The position numbers were made by a program, and so were the translations under genes. From an uncultured archaeon (lineage in GTDB: Archaea; Asgardarchaeota; Heimdallarchaeia; Heimdallarchaeales; Heimdallarchaeaceae): a stretch of 64,000 nt of DNA. Positions 1 to 9,307 of this stretch are shown in pieces. The notes under the pieces are model-generated. The model was not told where the DNA came from and did not search any database. It saw only the letters and a program-made list of their open reading frames with translations. The stretch lies in assembly GCA_964534625.1 (NCBI GenBank), contig CAZHRF010000001.1, positions 64,001 to 128,000 of the forward strand, given 5' to 3'. Every line of letters starts with the position of its first letter. Position 1 is the first letter of the stretch.

Positions 1-561
1 GGTAGTAGAACACACAGTGGTTCAAGAGGGGCTTTTGTACCTCAAGCCAGAGGTGGGCATAAAGCACATCCTCCTAAATCAGAAAAAAAGATTATTGAAA
101 AAATAAATCGAAAAGAACATAGGTTGGCTATTCAATCGGCTATTTCTTATACAGGTCACAAAGATCATGTTATGAACCGAGGTCACAATTTTGAAGAAAA
201 TGTTATCTTTCCTATAATTGTAGAATCCAAAGCTGAGGAAATCGAAAAAACAAAAGATGCGGTACGCTTATTAAGAAATTTAGGTTTATATCCTGATTTG
301 GAAAGAGTAAAGAAAGGTAAAAATGTACGTGCTGGAAAAGGAAAATTAAGAGGAAGGAAGTATAAAATTCCTATTGGACCACTCATTATAGTGGGAGAAG
401 AAGACTGTCCCTTGATTAGAGCTGGAAGAAATATACTAGGAACACAAGTATTGCCTCTCAAAGACATTAATACTGAAGTCTTAGCTCCTGGTACCCATCC
501 TGGTCGTTTAACTGTGTGGACAGAAAATGCAGTAAATTTATTGAATGAAAGATATAGGTGA
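1..561 (+). CDS. rpl4: 50S ribosomal protein uL4 (5'-partial; frame is open from base 1)
   Basis: Frame 1 reads GSRTHSGSRGAFVPQARGGHKAHPPK... into RAGKGKLRGRKY and LAPGTHPGRLTVWT, typical archaeal L4 motifs; followed by L23 and L2. Confidence 0.97.
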   Translation, partial: GSRTHSGSRGAFVPQARGGHKAHPPKSEKKIIEKINRKEHRLAIQSAISYTGHKDHVMNRGHNFEENVIFPIIVESKAEEIEKTKDAVRLLRNLGLYPDLERVKKGKNVRAGKGKLRGRKYKIPIGPLIIVGEEDCPLIRAGRNILGTQVLPLKDINTEVLAPGTHPGRLTVWTENAVNLLNERYR

Positions 562-566
562 TACTG

Positions 567-827
567 ATGGATCCATACAAAATAATCAAAAAACCGTTAA
601 TAAGCGAAAAAGACTTTGAGTTAATAGAAAATGAAAATAAATTAGTAATACTAGTTGATCTTAAAGCTACAAAAGGACAAATAAAGGAAGCTATGGAAAA
701 ACTTTATGATGTTAAAGTATTGAAAGTCAATACTTTAATAACTCCAAGAGGAGAAAAGAAAGCTTATGTTAGACTTAGTGATTATGATGATGCAGCTGAC
801 ATTGCCTCCCGTATGGGATTATTCTAA
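567..827 (+). CDS. rpl23: 50S ribosomal protein uL23
   Basis: KPLISEK, ENENKLV, VNTLITPRGEKKAYVRL; GGTGAT Shine-Dalgarno at 557-562 favours ATG 567 over GTG 558. Confidence 0.97.
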   Translation: MDPYKIIKKPLISEKDFELIENENKLVILVDLKATKGQIKEAMEKLYDVKVLKVNTLITPRGEKKAYVRLSDYDDAADIASRMGLF

Positions 828-840
828 CGTGGTGATATAA

Positions 841-1581
841 ATGGGTAAAAAGATTTTAGTACAAAGACGTGGTCGTGGAACATCACAATTTCGCGCAGCA
901 TCTAACAAGAAGAAAGGAAGTGTAAAATACAGAAAAATATCAAAACTTGAATATTCAGACAAACTGACTGGTATTATCACTGATATTGTACATGATCCTG
1001 GTAGAGGAGCACCTGTTGCAAAAGTACTGTTTGAAGACGGATTAAAGAAAATTATTCTCCCCTCTGAAGGCATAAGAGTGAATCAAAAAATCTTTTATGG
1101 GGCAACTTCTGAGATTGAAGTGGGTAATACTTTACCTTTAAAATTTATCCCTGATGGAACGCCAGTTTTTTGTATTGAATTGACACCTGGTGACGGTGGT
1201 AGAATTGTTAGGTCAAGTGGGGGTTATGCTACTATCTTAGGTAGAGGTAAAGGGAAAGTTTCATTACAGTTATCTAGTGGTGAAATAAAGCCCATCCCAG
1301 AAAGATGCAGAGCTACTATCGGTGTTGTAGCTGGTGGAGGAAGGACTGAGAAACCTTTCGTAAAGGCTGGAAATAAACATCATCTTATGAAGGCAAAGGG
1401 GCATAAATATCCTCGTGTTAGAGGGACTGCTATGAATGCTGTGTCACATCCTCACGGTGGCGGTGCTCATCAAAGTCCACCCCGATCAACAACAGTTTCA
1501 AGAAACGCCCAAAGAGGGCGAAAGGTTGGTCTTATAGCAGCAAAACGAAGTGGTAAAAGAAAAGGTAGAAAGAAGCAATAA
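841..1581 (+). CDS. rpl2: 50S ribosomal protein uL2
   Basis: MGKKILVQRRGRG, HDPGRGAP, VRGTAMNAVSHPHGGG. Confidence 0.98.
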   Translation: MGKKILVQRRGRGTSQFRAASNKKKGSVKYRKISKLEYSDKLTGIITDIVHDPGRGAPVAKVLFEDGLKKIILPSEGIRVNQKIFYGATSEIEVGNTLPLKFIPDGTPVFCIELTPGDGGRIVRSSGGYATILGRGKGKVSLQLSSGEIKPIPERCRATIGVVAGGGRTEKPFVKAGNKHHLMKAKGHKYPRVRGTAMNAVSHPHGGGAHQSPPRSTTVSRNAQRGRKVGLIAAKRSGKRKGRKKQ

Positions 1582-1644
1582 GGCTTTCAATTTTTCTCTT
1601 TTATTTTTACTACGTTAAATGTTAATCCCAACGGTGAAATTAGT

Positions 1645-2388
1645 ATGAATATTGTGGAAGAGTTTAATTCAATTCAATTTATATTTAAAGAAGAACAAAA
1701 TTTTGAGAATTGTATCTTGCTTAATGGATGGCATGGTATTGGTGAATGTGGTTTTATTTCTATGAGTCATTTGGTAGATAAATTGAAGGCAAAGAGAATC
1801 GGTTTTATAATTACTGATAATTTACCTCAATTTATTACAGTTAAAAAAGAAACCATTACTTTCCCTTTTGAAATTTACAGAAAAGATAATGTGGTTATTG
1901 TACTACCAATATTTGAGCCAGTAAAATCTGAACATCAAACTTTTACTAGAACACTAGTTCAATGGTCGATCAATAGAAAGTTCAATAAAGCCCTTTTAGT
2001 GGGGGGACTAGATAACAGATTAAAGGATAAAACGTCATTAAAGATTATATGTACAAAATCTTTTAAAAATAAATATCCGTTAGTTGATCTTGAAATCCTA
2101 GAAGAAGGTCTTTATGTTACAGGACCACTAGCTTATATGTTATTGTTTTATGAACTAGAAGATTTTCCTGCCATAGCTATATTACCATATTCTGAAAGAT
2201 CTAGACCAGATCCAATTGCTGCTAGTATAGCTATAAAACAAATTAATGCATTACTTAATCTTAATGTCAACGTTGATGAGCTATTAGAAGAAGCAGAAAG
2301 AATAGAAAAAGAAATTGAATCTTTATTAAATGCAAGAAAACAACCAAAAGAACAAGAAGAATCAAAAGACAGAGGTATGTTTGTATAA
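1645..2388 (+). CDS. PAC2-family proteasome assembly chaperone (PbaA/PbaB-like)
   Basis: GWHGIGECGFI, LVGGLD, TGPLAYML, RPDPIAA, VDELLEEAERIE; C-terminal MFV resembles an HbYX motif. Confidence 0.85.
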   Translation: MNIVEEFNSIQFIFKEEQNFENCILLNGWHGIGECGFISMSHLVDKLKAKRIGFIITDNLPQFITVKKETITFPFEIYRKDNVVIVLPIFEPVKSEHQTFTRTLVQWSINRKFNKALLVGGLDNRLKDKTSLKIICTKSFKNKYPLVDLEILEEGLYVTGPLAYMLLFYELEDFPAIAILPYSERSRPDPIAASIAIKQINALLNLNVNVDELLEEAERIEKEIESLLNARKQPKEQEESKDRGMFV

Positions 2389-2411
2389 AACATCAAATAC
2401 TCTTCTTTGAT

Positions 2412-2531
2412 GGGTTGGTAGTTCAGTGGATAGAAAAAAATTTGGTTGTTACCAGTTTTCTAGAATGGTTGCCTCCGGTGAAATTCGGGGAAAGCAACAG
2501 GTCGCCCGTTCAAATCGGGCCCAACCCGCCA
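2412..2531 (+). tRNA. tRNA-Arg(CCG) with two introns (about 30 nt in the D-arm, ~2433-2462; 14 nt at 37/38, 2479-2492), CCA encoded
   Basis: Acceptor GGGTTGG/CCAACCC+G+CCA; anticodon stem GTTGC/GCAAC; T arm GCCCG-TTCAAAT-CGGGC; BHB helix CTCC/GGGG gives loop CT-CCG-GA; D-loop AGTGGATA with A20. Confidence 0.88.
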
Positions 2532-2534
2532 AAT

Positions 2535-3650
2535 TTAATAACCATATTTATTTTCTTCGTTAATTTCTTCTTTAAACTCTTCTGCAATCTGTAACTTTCT
2601 ATATTCTTCAAACTTTTCTTTTGTCTTTAAAATGTTAATAATGAGAACATCCAAATCTTTAGCAAAATTTTTTATACCATCCATGTTTTTCGTAGAAAAA
2701 GTATATTTTATGTCATATTTTTCCTTAACATAATCAACATCTTTTATTGTCAGAATATCTGTCTTATTTAATGTTTTTATGGTGGGTACTTCAGGATATT
2801 CGTTTTGAATATCTTTCAAAAGGTTTAATTGCTCCTCCTTTGATAATGTTGTATCTTTACTAAAATCAAAAATAAATACTATAATGTCTGCTATATATCT
2901 TATAGTTGCAATGCTTTTTTTTTCTATCAAATTTTTCTCGGAAAATGGACGATCCAATAATCCTGGCGTGTCCACTATTTGGGCATTCCCAAATAGTAAT
3001 TTTCTATGTCCAAATATAACTTTCTTTGTAGTAAACGGATATTCTGCTATTTCCGGAGTGCCAGATGAAATTATATTGATAAGTGATGATTTACCCACAT
3101 TAGGTGCACCAGCTATTACAACAGTTGGAACGCTTATATCAAAATCCGGAACTTCTTTCAATTTTTTTATAATGTATATTAGATATTCAACATCTGATCC
3201 TATTTTTTTTAATAAAGATACAAATCTTCCACCAGCTTCTCTCCTTATTTTAGCCATGTTTTTTGGGTGTTTTGTCTCAAAAATCTGTTTAATAAGCTCT
3301 AGTTCTATTTTTTTAATTTGTTTTGAAATTCCATCGATCCTTCCAAGTATATTTTTTACTCTGTCAATATCTGCGATTAGATCACATAACTCCACGTAAA
3401 ACTTGTGTAGAGTATCAATAGACGGAAATTGTTTGACAATTATATCTAATTTTTGAGTCATTTCCTCTGCTAGTATTTCTATCCTTTGATGTTCAATAGT
3501 AGCAATTTTTTCTTCTCTTGACATTCCCTTTCTGATAGATTTTGGTTTGTGTTTGTTCACTTTTGCAAAAGCATAATCTATTATGAGTGGGATTGGCGTA
3601 ATAAATTGAACATTTTTGAAGGGATTCCTTCTATATATCTCTCGATCCAC
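2535..3650 (-). CDS. NOG1-family GTP-binding protein
   Basis: NPF N-terminus, helical domain with FPSID..FY, GAPNVGKSS, YPFTT, DTPGLLDRP, NKTD. Confidence 0.92.
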   Translation of the reverse strand: MDREIYRRNPFKNVQFITPIPLIIDYAFAKVNKHKPKSIRKGMSREEKIATIEHQRIEILAEEMTQKLDIIVKQFPSIDTLHKFYVELCDLIADIDRVKNILGRIDGISKQIKKIELELIKQIFETKHPKNMAKIRREAGGRFVSLLKKIGSDVEYLIYIIKKLKEVPDFDISVPTVVIAGAPNVGKSSLINIISSGTPEIAEYPFTTKKVIFGHRKLLFGNAQIVDTPGLLDRPFSEKNLIEKKSIATIRYIADIIVFIFDFSKDTTLSKEEQLNLLKDIQNEYPEVPTIKTLNKTDILTIKDVDYVKEKYDIKYTFSTKNMDGIKNFAKDLDVLIINILKTKEKFEEYRKLQIAEEFKEEINEENKYGY

Positions 3651-3660
3651 TTAAATCACA

Positions 3661-4770
3661 TTATATTTCAATTAAAGATTTATCAATCTCATGTTCAAAG
3701 TAGCTTTCAATATCTTCTATAACTTCTTTTCTTTTGGTCATATATTTATCTTGATATTCTAAAATCATATTGATTAGTTTTGGCTTACAATCTAATCCAC
3801 ATATGACATCACCATTTTTACATTTTTTCTTGATATCATTGAGTTTTTGATCATCTGTGACAAACAAATATTTGAACCAATCATATACAGTACAAATCTC
3901 AGGAACACCGCCTAATTCTCTCTGTTCTTTTATTGTTGTTCTTCCCCCCGTAAAGGCTGACATTACCTTCTCTCTTATCTGTTCCTTGGTATCCCTAAGG
4001 TAAATGCAAGTTTCAGGTATCGAAGACGACATTGGACCACCTGTTAATCCCTTTAGATATGTTGTGTAAAGAGATGCAGGGGCGTTTATCTTTCTTTTTC
4101 CTGCAATATCTCTCGTAAGCCGTATGTATACATCTTGATCTAATCCTATTGGTACTACTACTGGAAGATTAAAGTCAACAGTTGGTTGTAAAATGTGTGC
4201 TGCTTGAATACAAGAATAGAATATAGCACCTGGATTTTCATCCCCCTCAAAACCAAAAGCGGATTTAATTGTATTATACGTGAGATTTGTTGAAAACTTA
4301 AGAGCTAATTCATAAATTTTATGATCCTTACTCGAAATATATCCGTGAGTTTTCTCTGGATCGAACCCAATTGAAAAAATATCTATTGCATTTTCAATTG
4401 CAACTTTATAAGTACTTCCTAGATCATTAACTTTATTGAAGACATATTTTTCATCATCAGAAAATGGGATAAAATAATGGCAGTCATATTTTTTTTGTAA
4501 ATATTTAATTAGTTTAAATACAACTAGATGTCCAAAGTGTAAATCGTTAGATGGCCCTCTTCCACTTACTATGGCCCAACTTTTACCTTCTTCGGTTATA
4601 TCTAGTATTTTATTGAAATCCCTGTGGGCAAACACAATGTTTCTTCTAAACATGTAATAGTCTTTCCCAATTCGCTGTGTAATATCAGAAATATTAGAAA
4701 TACCAAATTCTTTTAGAATTGCTTCATAATCTGTTCTTTTTTCAATATCACGGACCTTATTTTCTGTCAT
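3661..4770 (-). CDS. trpS: Tryptophanyl-tRNA synthetase (archaeal/eukaryotic type)
   Basis: SGRGPSNDLHFGH, DDEKY, PIGLDQD, AFTGGR...EQRELGG, C-x-G-x-x-x-CG-x-x-CK; KMSKS loop reads PMSSS. Confidence 0.92.
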   Translation of the reverse strand: MTENKVRDIEKRTDYEAILKEFGISNISDITQRIGKDYYMFRRNIVFAHRDFNKILDITEEGKSWAIVSGRGPSNDLHFGHLVVFKLIKYLQKKYDCHYFIPFSDDEKYVFNKVNDLGSTYKVAIENAIDIFSIGFDPEKTHGYISSKDHKIYELALKFSTNLTYNTIKSAFGFEGDENPGAIFYSCIQAAHILQPTVDFNLPVVVPIGLDQDVYIRLTRDIAGKRKINAPASLYTTYLKGLTGGPMSSSIPETCIYLRDTKEQIREKVMSAFTGGRTTIKEQRELGGVPEICTVYDWFKYLFVTDDQKLNDIKKKCKNGDVICGLDCKPKLINMILEYQDKYMTKRKEVIEDIESYFEHEIDKSLIEI

Positions 4771-4972
4771 TTTGTCTTCATTTAAAGTATATGTGTTATA
4801 TATATTATATTTTTGTTAAGAAATACATATTTTGAGTATTCATCTCTTTTAATGTTAATTATCTTGAACTAAACTAGTATATATATGTCAAATGATAGAT
4901 GAATTTAATTTTGCCTTTTTTCCATACCGACTTGTACAAATAATTTATAAAATTTGTATGAATGTTCTATCA

Positions 4973-6424
4973 ATGAAAGATTGGACGTTAATATATGATA
5001 AAATAGCAAAGCATGCCATTGACGTCATTTCTAATTTTGATGATATTATACTTGGATTTAATGTTAATGTTGATAAAGTGATATATATTAGCCCAGCTGT
5101 ATTAGATGAACTATTATTGGAATTAGAAATCGAAAAGAAGGGATTAATGGACTCCTTTGATAAAGTTCCTGCTAAAATTTCAACCCCTATGGATTTAATA
5201 TTTTGTTTGATAAATTCAATTAGTAAAGGAATAGCTGATGAAAAATTAATAGTTTCTGATGATCTCAATGAATGGATCGAGAACCATTTTATAATCGAAG
5301 AAAAAAAAATAGGTGGTCAAGCGGGAATTATGGCAAATATGCTTTCTGATATCGGATTAAAAAATATTTTAATTAGCGTTCCAGCTTTTCAAAGAGAACT
5401 TAAACCTTTATTGAACCCCAATATAAAAGTAGGAGTGAGAAAAAATGGTTCCTGTGCAATGAGACCAATAAATGAGATGAATTTTGAAGATCAAGGGAAT
5501 CTTAGTCATTATATATTCGAGTTCAAACAAGGCAAATATCTTTTTGATTATATCGATTGTAAGCGTGATAATCGTTTTATTGCTTCTTCAGATCATTTGA
5601 ATACTACACTTAAGATTAATTCAGGATTTAAATATTGTAGCAAACAAAATATATCCGTTTTTAAACTAGCCATTATTTCTGGCTTTCATTTAATCAACAG
5701 TGAGAACAATAAGTATAGTAATTATAAAAGTCTGTTCTCCAATGTAGAGCAATTGTTAGCTGTATGGAAAAGAAAACATGCCTGCCTTCTTATTCACCTA
5801 GAATTAGCGGCTTTTTCTGATGATTTACTAAAGTCTTTTGTGATCAATAGGATTTTTCCGAGAATTGATTCTTTAGGATTAAATGAACAAGAATTGCTAT
5901 CATTGTTGATACATTTCGATCGCGAATTGTACCAAGAACTTCGCAATGAAATGAACGCGATTAATTTATTCAAGGGATTACATAAGTTATGGAAATCGTT
6001 TCCTAAAATAAGGTTCCATTTACATTATTTAGACTTTTATTTGGTCCTCTCCAAATCCATTACAAAAGATTTATTGATATATAGGCGAAATTCGTTAGTA
6101 TTTGCGGCACTTATGGGGTACCAAAAAGCAAAAACGGGTTCTATTAAATCATTAGATGATTTGAGGTGTTATCCCTCTAAAGTGTCTTCAAAAGGTTGGA
6201 AACACCTAACATCTTTGAATGAATATCTTTTGTCCTATTATAATGGAACTTGTTCTTTAATTGATGACGGTTTTTTCTATACTAAAGAATTTGCATTAAA
6301 TGCTATACCTACTGTTATGGTTAAAAAACCAAAATCTTTAGTAGGCTTAGGTGATACCATCTCTCTTTCTTCAATATTAGCAGAACAAGCATTTAAGTAT
6401 CAACCTAAACTCAAAAAAAATTAG
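4973..6424 (+). CDS. ADP-dependent glucokinase/phosphofructokinase
   Basis: GFNVNVD, GGQAGIMAN, NRFIAS, IHLELA, SLGLNEQEL, VGLGDTIS. ORF track starts at 4892; TATA-like TTTATAAA at ~4944 favours ATG 4973. Confidence 0.9.
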   Translation: MKDWTLIYDKIAKHAIDVISNFDDIILGFNVNVDKVIYISPAVLDELLLELEIEKKGLMDSFDKVPAKISTPMDLIFCLINSISKGIADEKLIVSDDLNEWIENHFIIEEKKIGGQAGIMANMLSDIGLKNILISVPAFQRELKPLLNPNIKVGVRKNGSCAMRPINEMNFEDQGNLSHYIFEFKQGKYLFDYIDCKRDNRFIASSDHLNTTLKINSGFKYCSKQNISVFKLAIISGFHLINSENNKYSNYKSLFSNVEQLLAVWKRKHACLLIHLELAAFSDDLLKSFVINRIFPRIDSLGLNEQELLSLLIHFDRELYQELRNEMNAINLFKGLHKLWKSFPKIRFHLHYLDFYLVLSKSITKDLLIYRRNSLVFAALMGYQKAKTGSIKSLDDLRCYPSKVSSKGWKHLTSLNEYLLSYYNGTCSLIDDGFFYTKEFALNAIPTVMVKKPKSLVGLGDTISLSSILAEQAFKYQPKLKKN

Positions 6425-6499
6425 GTGTTTAAATACCGTTATATCCTAAATATCTTAAGGGAAATAGACATAATCAAATGAAAAAAAGAATATTTTCTA

Positions 6500-7882
6500 A
6501 TGGATGTTGTTCAAGTGGATAATAAAGAAAATACTGATGTAAATAAGGTTGTATGGAACCAATTAGGCGACAAAATTGGGATGTTCGTATTTAAATTAAA
6601 AAAAAAGAACTTATGCAACTGTAGAAACATATTAGAGAGACTATCATCTAAACATATCCCTTTTTCTCTGCATTTTTGTGATAATGAAATACATTTGGTA
6701 ATCTATATAGAAGATTTAGAAAAAAGAAATGGTAATTCAGAACAAATCAATAAAAAGATTATTGAAGAATTTACCGAATCATCCTTTGCTGCACAAGTAT
6801 ATGCGCATGATTTTTTTAAACTAAAACATAACAAAATATCTATAAGGGAAAATCTTATTGAATTAAAGACAAATAAGCAGAAATCAATGCTTTTTTTTGG
6901 TTACATACTCCAAAAAACTAATGAAAAAGTACAAAATATTACCCAGAAATATAAACAATTTTATGAATTGGTCAACAACACAGGAAAATTTAGTTTTGTA
7001 CTTTCCCAGAGTTCAGAAAAAAACAAAAATAATACTAACTCATGGTCTTTTTTTTTCTATTCAACTAGTTATAACTATAAAGAATTGAACAATTTAAAAG
7101 ATTTGTTACACAAGGTGTTTAGTTTAGCTTCTGTTAACTTAGAATGGGAATTAAGACAGTTAACTTGTAGTGAGATAGAGTCACATTATGCTAGTTTTTG
7201 TTATTATAGGCCTTGGATAAAACATAAAGGAAATATCCTTGAAATAATTGATAGTATATTACCAGTTAAAAAATTAAGTCGTAAAAATGAATTATTAGTT
7301 GATAAGACGCACATAAGTCATCAAATAAAACAACCTTTATCTATTGATATTAAATCACCTTTACCTTCTGTTAAAACTTTATTTCCAGAACAATTTGAAA
7401 AAAATAGAAAAGAAGGAGCTCATGATTCTGTAGTCTTAGATCATGTTCCAGATGTTTTGACCACAAGAAATGAGCTTAAAGCTGAAAAACCCGATTCAAA
7501 TTCCCAAATATCAATGAATCCAAGATTGTTCATAAAAAAATTTTTTATCAAACTAAATTTCAAAGAAACTTCTATTTTTGAAGATAATTTTGATTTTGTA
7601 TTAAGGAAAAATTCTTTTTACATTTTAGTAAAATCTTTTGAGCTAGGACTGACATTAGATGATGCCCATAAACTCGTATCAAGACTTGAATTCATAAAAC
7701 GGTTCCAAAACAAGTTTCTATGTATAGTTGTAACTGATAAAATAGAGAATGAAATTCATGAGTTCTTTAAAGAATATAATATACTTTTAATTGAGAATAA
7801 TCTATGCTTATCCAAAGAATATTTTGAAGACAAATTGTATGATAAATTATTATACTCTAATCTTCCCGCACCTATAATGTAA
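6500..7882 (+). CDS. Hypothetical protein with a C-terminal restriction-endonuclease-like (Mrr-cat-like) fold, probably inactive
   Basis: 460-aa ORF; C-terminal FDFVLRKNSFYILVKS...LCIVVTDKI...NILLIE pattern resembles PD-(D/E)xK/Mrr domains. Confidence 0.5.
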   Translation: MDVVQVDNKENTDVNKVVWNQLGDKIGMFVFKLKKKNLCNCRNILERLSSKHIPFSLHFCDNEIHLVIYIEDLEKRNGNSEQINKKIIEEFTESSFAAQVYAHDFFKLKHNKISIRENLIELKTNKQKSMLFFGYILQKTNEKVQNITQKYKQFYELVNNTGKFSFVLSQSSEKNKNNTNSWSFFFYSTSYNYKELNNLKDLLHKVFSLASVNLEWELRQLTCSEIESHYASFCYYRPWIKHKGNILEIIDSILPVKKLSRKNELLVDKTHISHQIKQPLSIDIKSPLPSVKTLFPEQFEKNRKEGAHDSVVLDHVPDVLTTRNELKAEKPDSNSQISMNPRLFIKKFFIKLNFKETSIFEDNFDFVLRKNSFYILVKSFELGLTLDDAHKLVSRLEFIKRFQNKFLCIVVTDKIENEIHEFFKEYNILLIENNLCLSKEYFEDKLYDKLLYSNLPAPIM

Positions 7883-8094
7883 TCTATGATACGCGCAATC
7901 TAATTTTTTTATTTGAGAGATCCATAATGTTTTTAAACCATTCATTTTGTTCCGCATTGTGTTAATAGAGCTAAAAGTGGAACCTACTTTCTGTGGTAAA
8001 TCAAAAGTTTTTTAATAAATTCTAAAACCATGAAAATAAGAGTAAATAATTGATTTATCTTATAATTAAGAAAAGTTAGGATTGTGTGATTATA

Positions 8095-8538
8095 ATGACC
8101 GGTAGTAAAAGCCCAAAAGGAGAATTTGCAGCAAGAAAATTACAACAGAAGAGAAAACATTTTAGATGGAAAGATATTAAATATAAAAGGAAAATGCTTA
8201 GACTGGATAGAAAGGCGGATCCATTAGAAGGCGCTCCAGCAGCCAAAGGTATTGTAGTTGAAAAATATGGCGTTGAAAGTAAACAACCTAATTCCGCCTT
8301 ACGTAAATGTGTTCGTGTTCGCTTAAACAAAAATGGAAAGCAAATAGGTGCTTTTGTTCCTCATGATGGAGGGCTCCTATATATTGATGAACATGATGAA
8401 GTTATTCTTACCAGTATTGGTGGTTCAATGAAAGGAGCAAAAGGTGATCTGCCTGGAATTAAGTGGCAAGTAACTCACATTAATGGTGTAGGAATTGAAC
8501 AAATCGTTTTAGGTCGTAAACAAAAACCTCAAAGATAA
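8095..8538 (+). CDS. rps12: 30S ribosomal protein uS12
   Basis: [43 protein letters not shown]; GTGAT SD before ATG 8095. Confidence 0.97.
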   Translation: MTGSKSPKGEFAARKLQQKRKHFRWKDIKYKRKMLRLDRKADPLEGAPAAKGIVVEKYGVESKQPNSALRKCVRVRLNKNGKQIGAFVPHDGGLLYIDEHDEVILTSIGGSMKGAKGDLPGIKWQVTHINGVGIEQIVLGRKQKPQR

Positions 8539-8689
8539 AAACCTCTTTATTTGTTTCTTTACGATGGTCTTATATAGACCTATCTTCTTCTACTATTATA
8601 GTCGGTATAATCCGTACTGAGTAACATTACATGTAATAAATGTAATAATGCTCAATCTTAATACATTATAAAATAAAAAGGCGATAATT

Positions 8690-9106
8690 ATGAGTGAAAG
8701 TGATATTGAAGCTGTTAGAGCCACACAGTTAAAAGCAGGAAATCATATTGTTAAGGATGGAGATATTTATCTAATTCGTGAAACGGAGAAGTCTAAAGCT
8801 GGAAAACATGGCCATGCTAAATGCAGAATAAAAATTGAAAACATATTTACTGGTAGTAGAACGGAAATTACTGTACCTGGAGACACAAAACTGCAATCCC
8901 CAATAATTGATAAACGCACAGCTCAAGTTCTAAACATTACTAGTGATAGTGTTCAATTGATGGATATGGAATCTTATGAAACTTTTGAAACTATACTTCC
9001 CACTGAAGAAGAAATTAGAGAAGATCTCAAAAAAGGTGAACCACCCGTATATGTTGAATATTGGAGAGTCATCGGTAAAAGACGAATTATGCGTATAAAA
9101 CCATAA
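8690..9106 (+). CDS. eif5a: Translation factor aIF5A
   Basis: Hypusine motif KAGKHGHAK; PIIDKRTAQV, VQLMDMESYETFE. Confidence 0.96.
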   Translation: MSESDIEAVRATQLKAGNHIVKDGDIYLIRETEKSKAGKHGHAKCRIKIENIFTGSRTEITVPGDTKLQSPIIDKRTAQVLNITSDSVQLMDMESYETFETILPTEEEIREDLKKGEPPVYVEYWRVIGKRRIMRIKP

Positions 9107-9138
9107 GTTTTTATGTTTTTATTTTTCTTCCTGTTTTT

Positions 9139-9215
9139 GGGCCGATAGATCAGCCTGGTAGATCGCGACGTTCGCAACGTCGAAGCCTCGGGTTCAAATC
9201 CCGATCGGTCCACCA
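9139..9215 (+). tRNA. tRNA-Ala(CGC), CCA encoded
   Basis: Acceptor GGGCCGA/TCGGTCC with G3:U70; anticodon arm CGACG-TTCGCAA-CGTCG; T arm TCGGG-TTCAAAT-CCCGA. Confidence 0.97.
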
Positions 9216-9307
9216 AAGGCAGTTTCAGATATAAAATGCGTTTTTGTCGATACTTTTATTAAAATGTAAACTATCAATAATATAGATAAAAAAACAGAGG
9301 AATGTAA

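Noticed and set aside
8974-9216. ORFs overlapping tRNA genes (8974-9216, 15907-16089, 48394-48582)
   Set aside because: Antisense translations of tRNAs (GFEP/GFDP signature).
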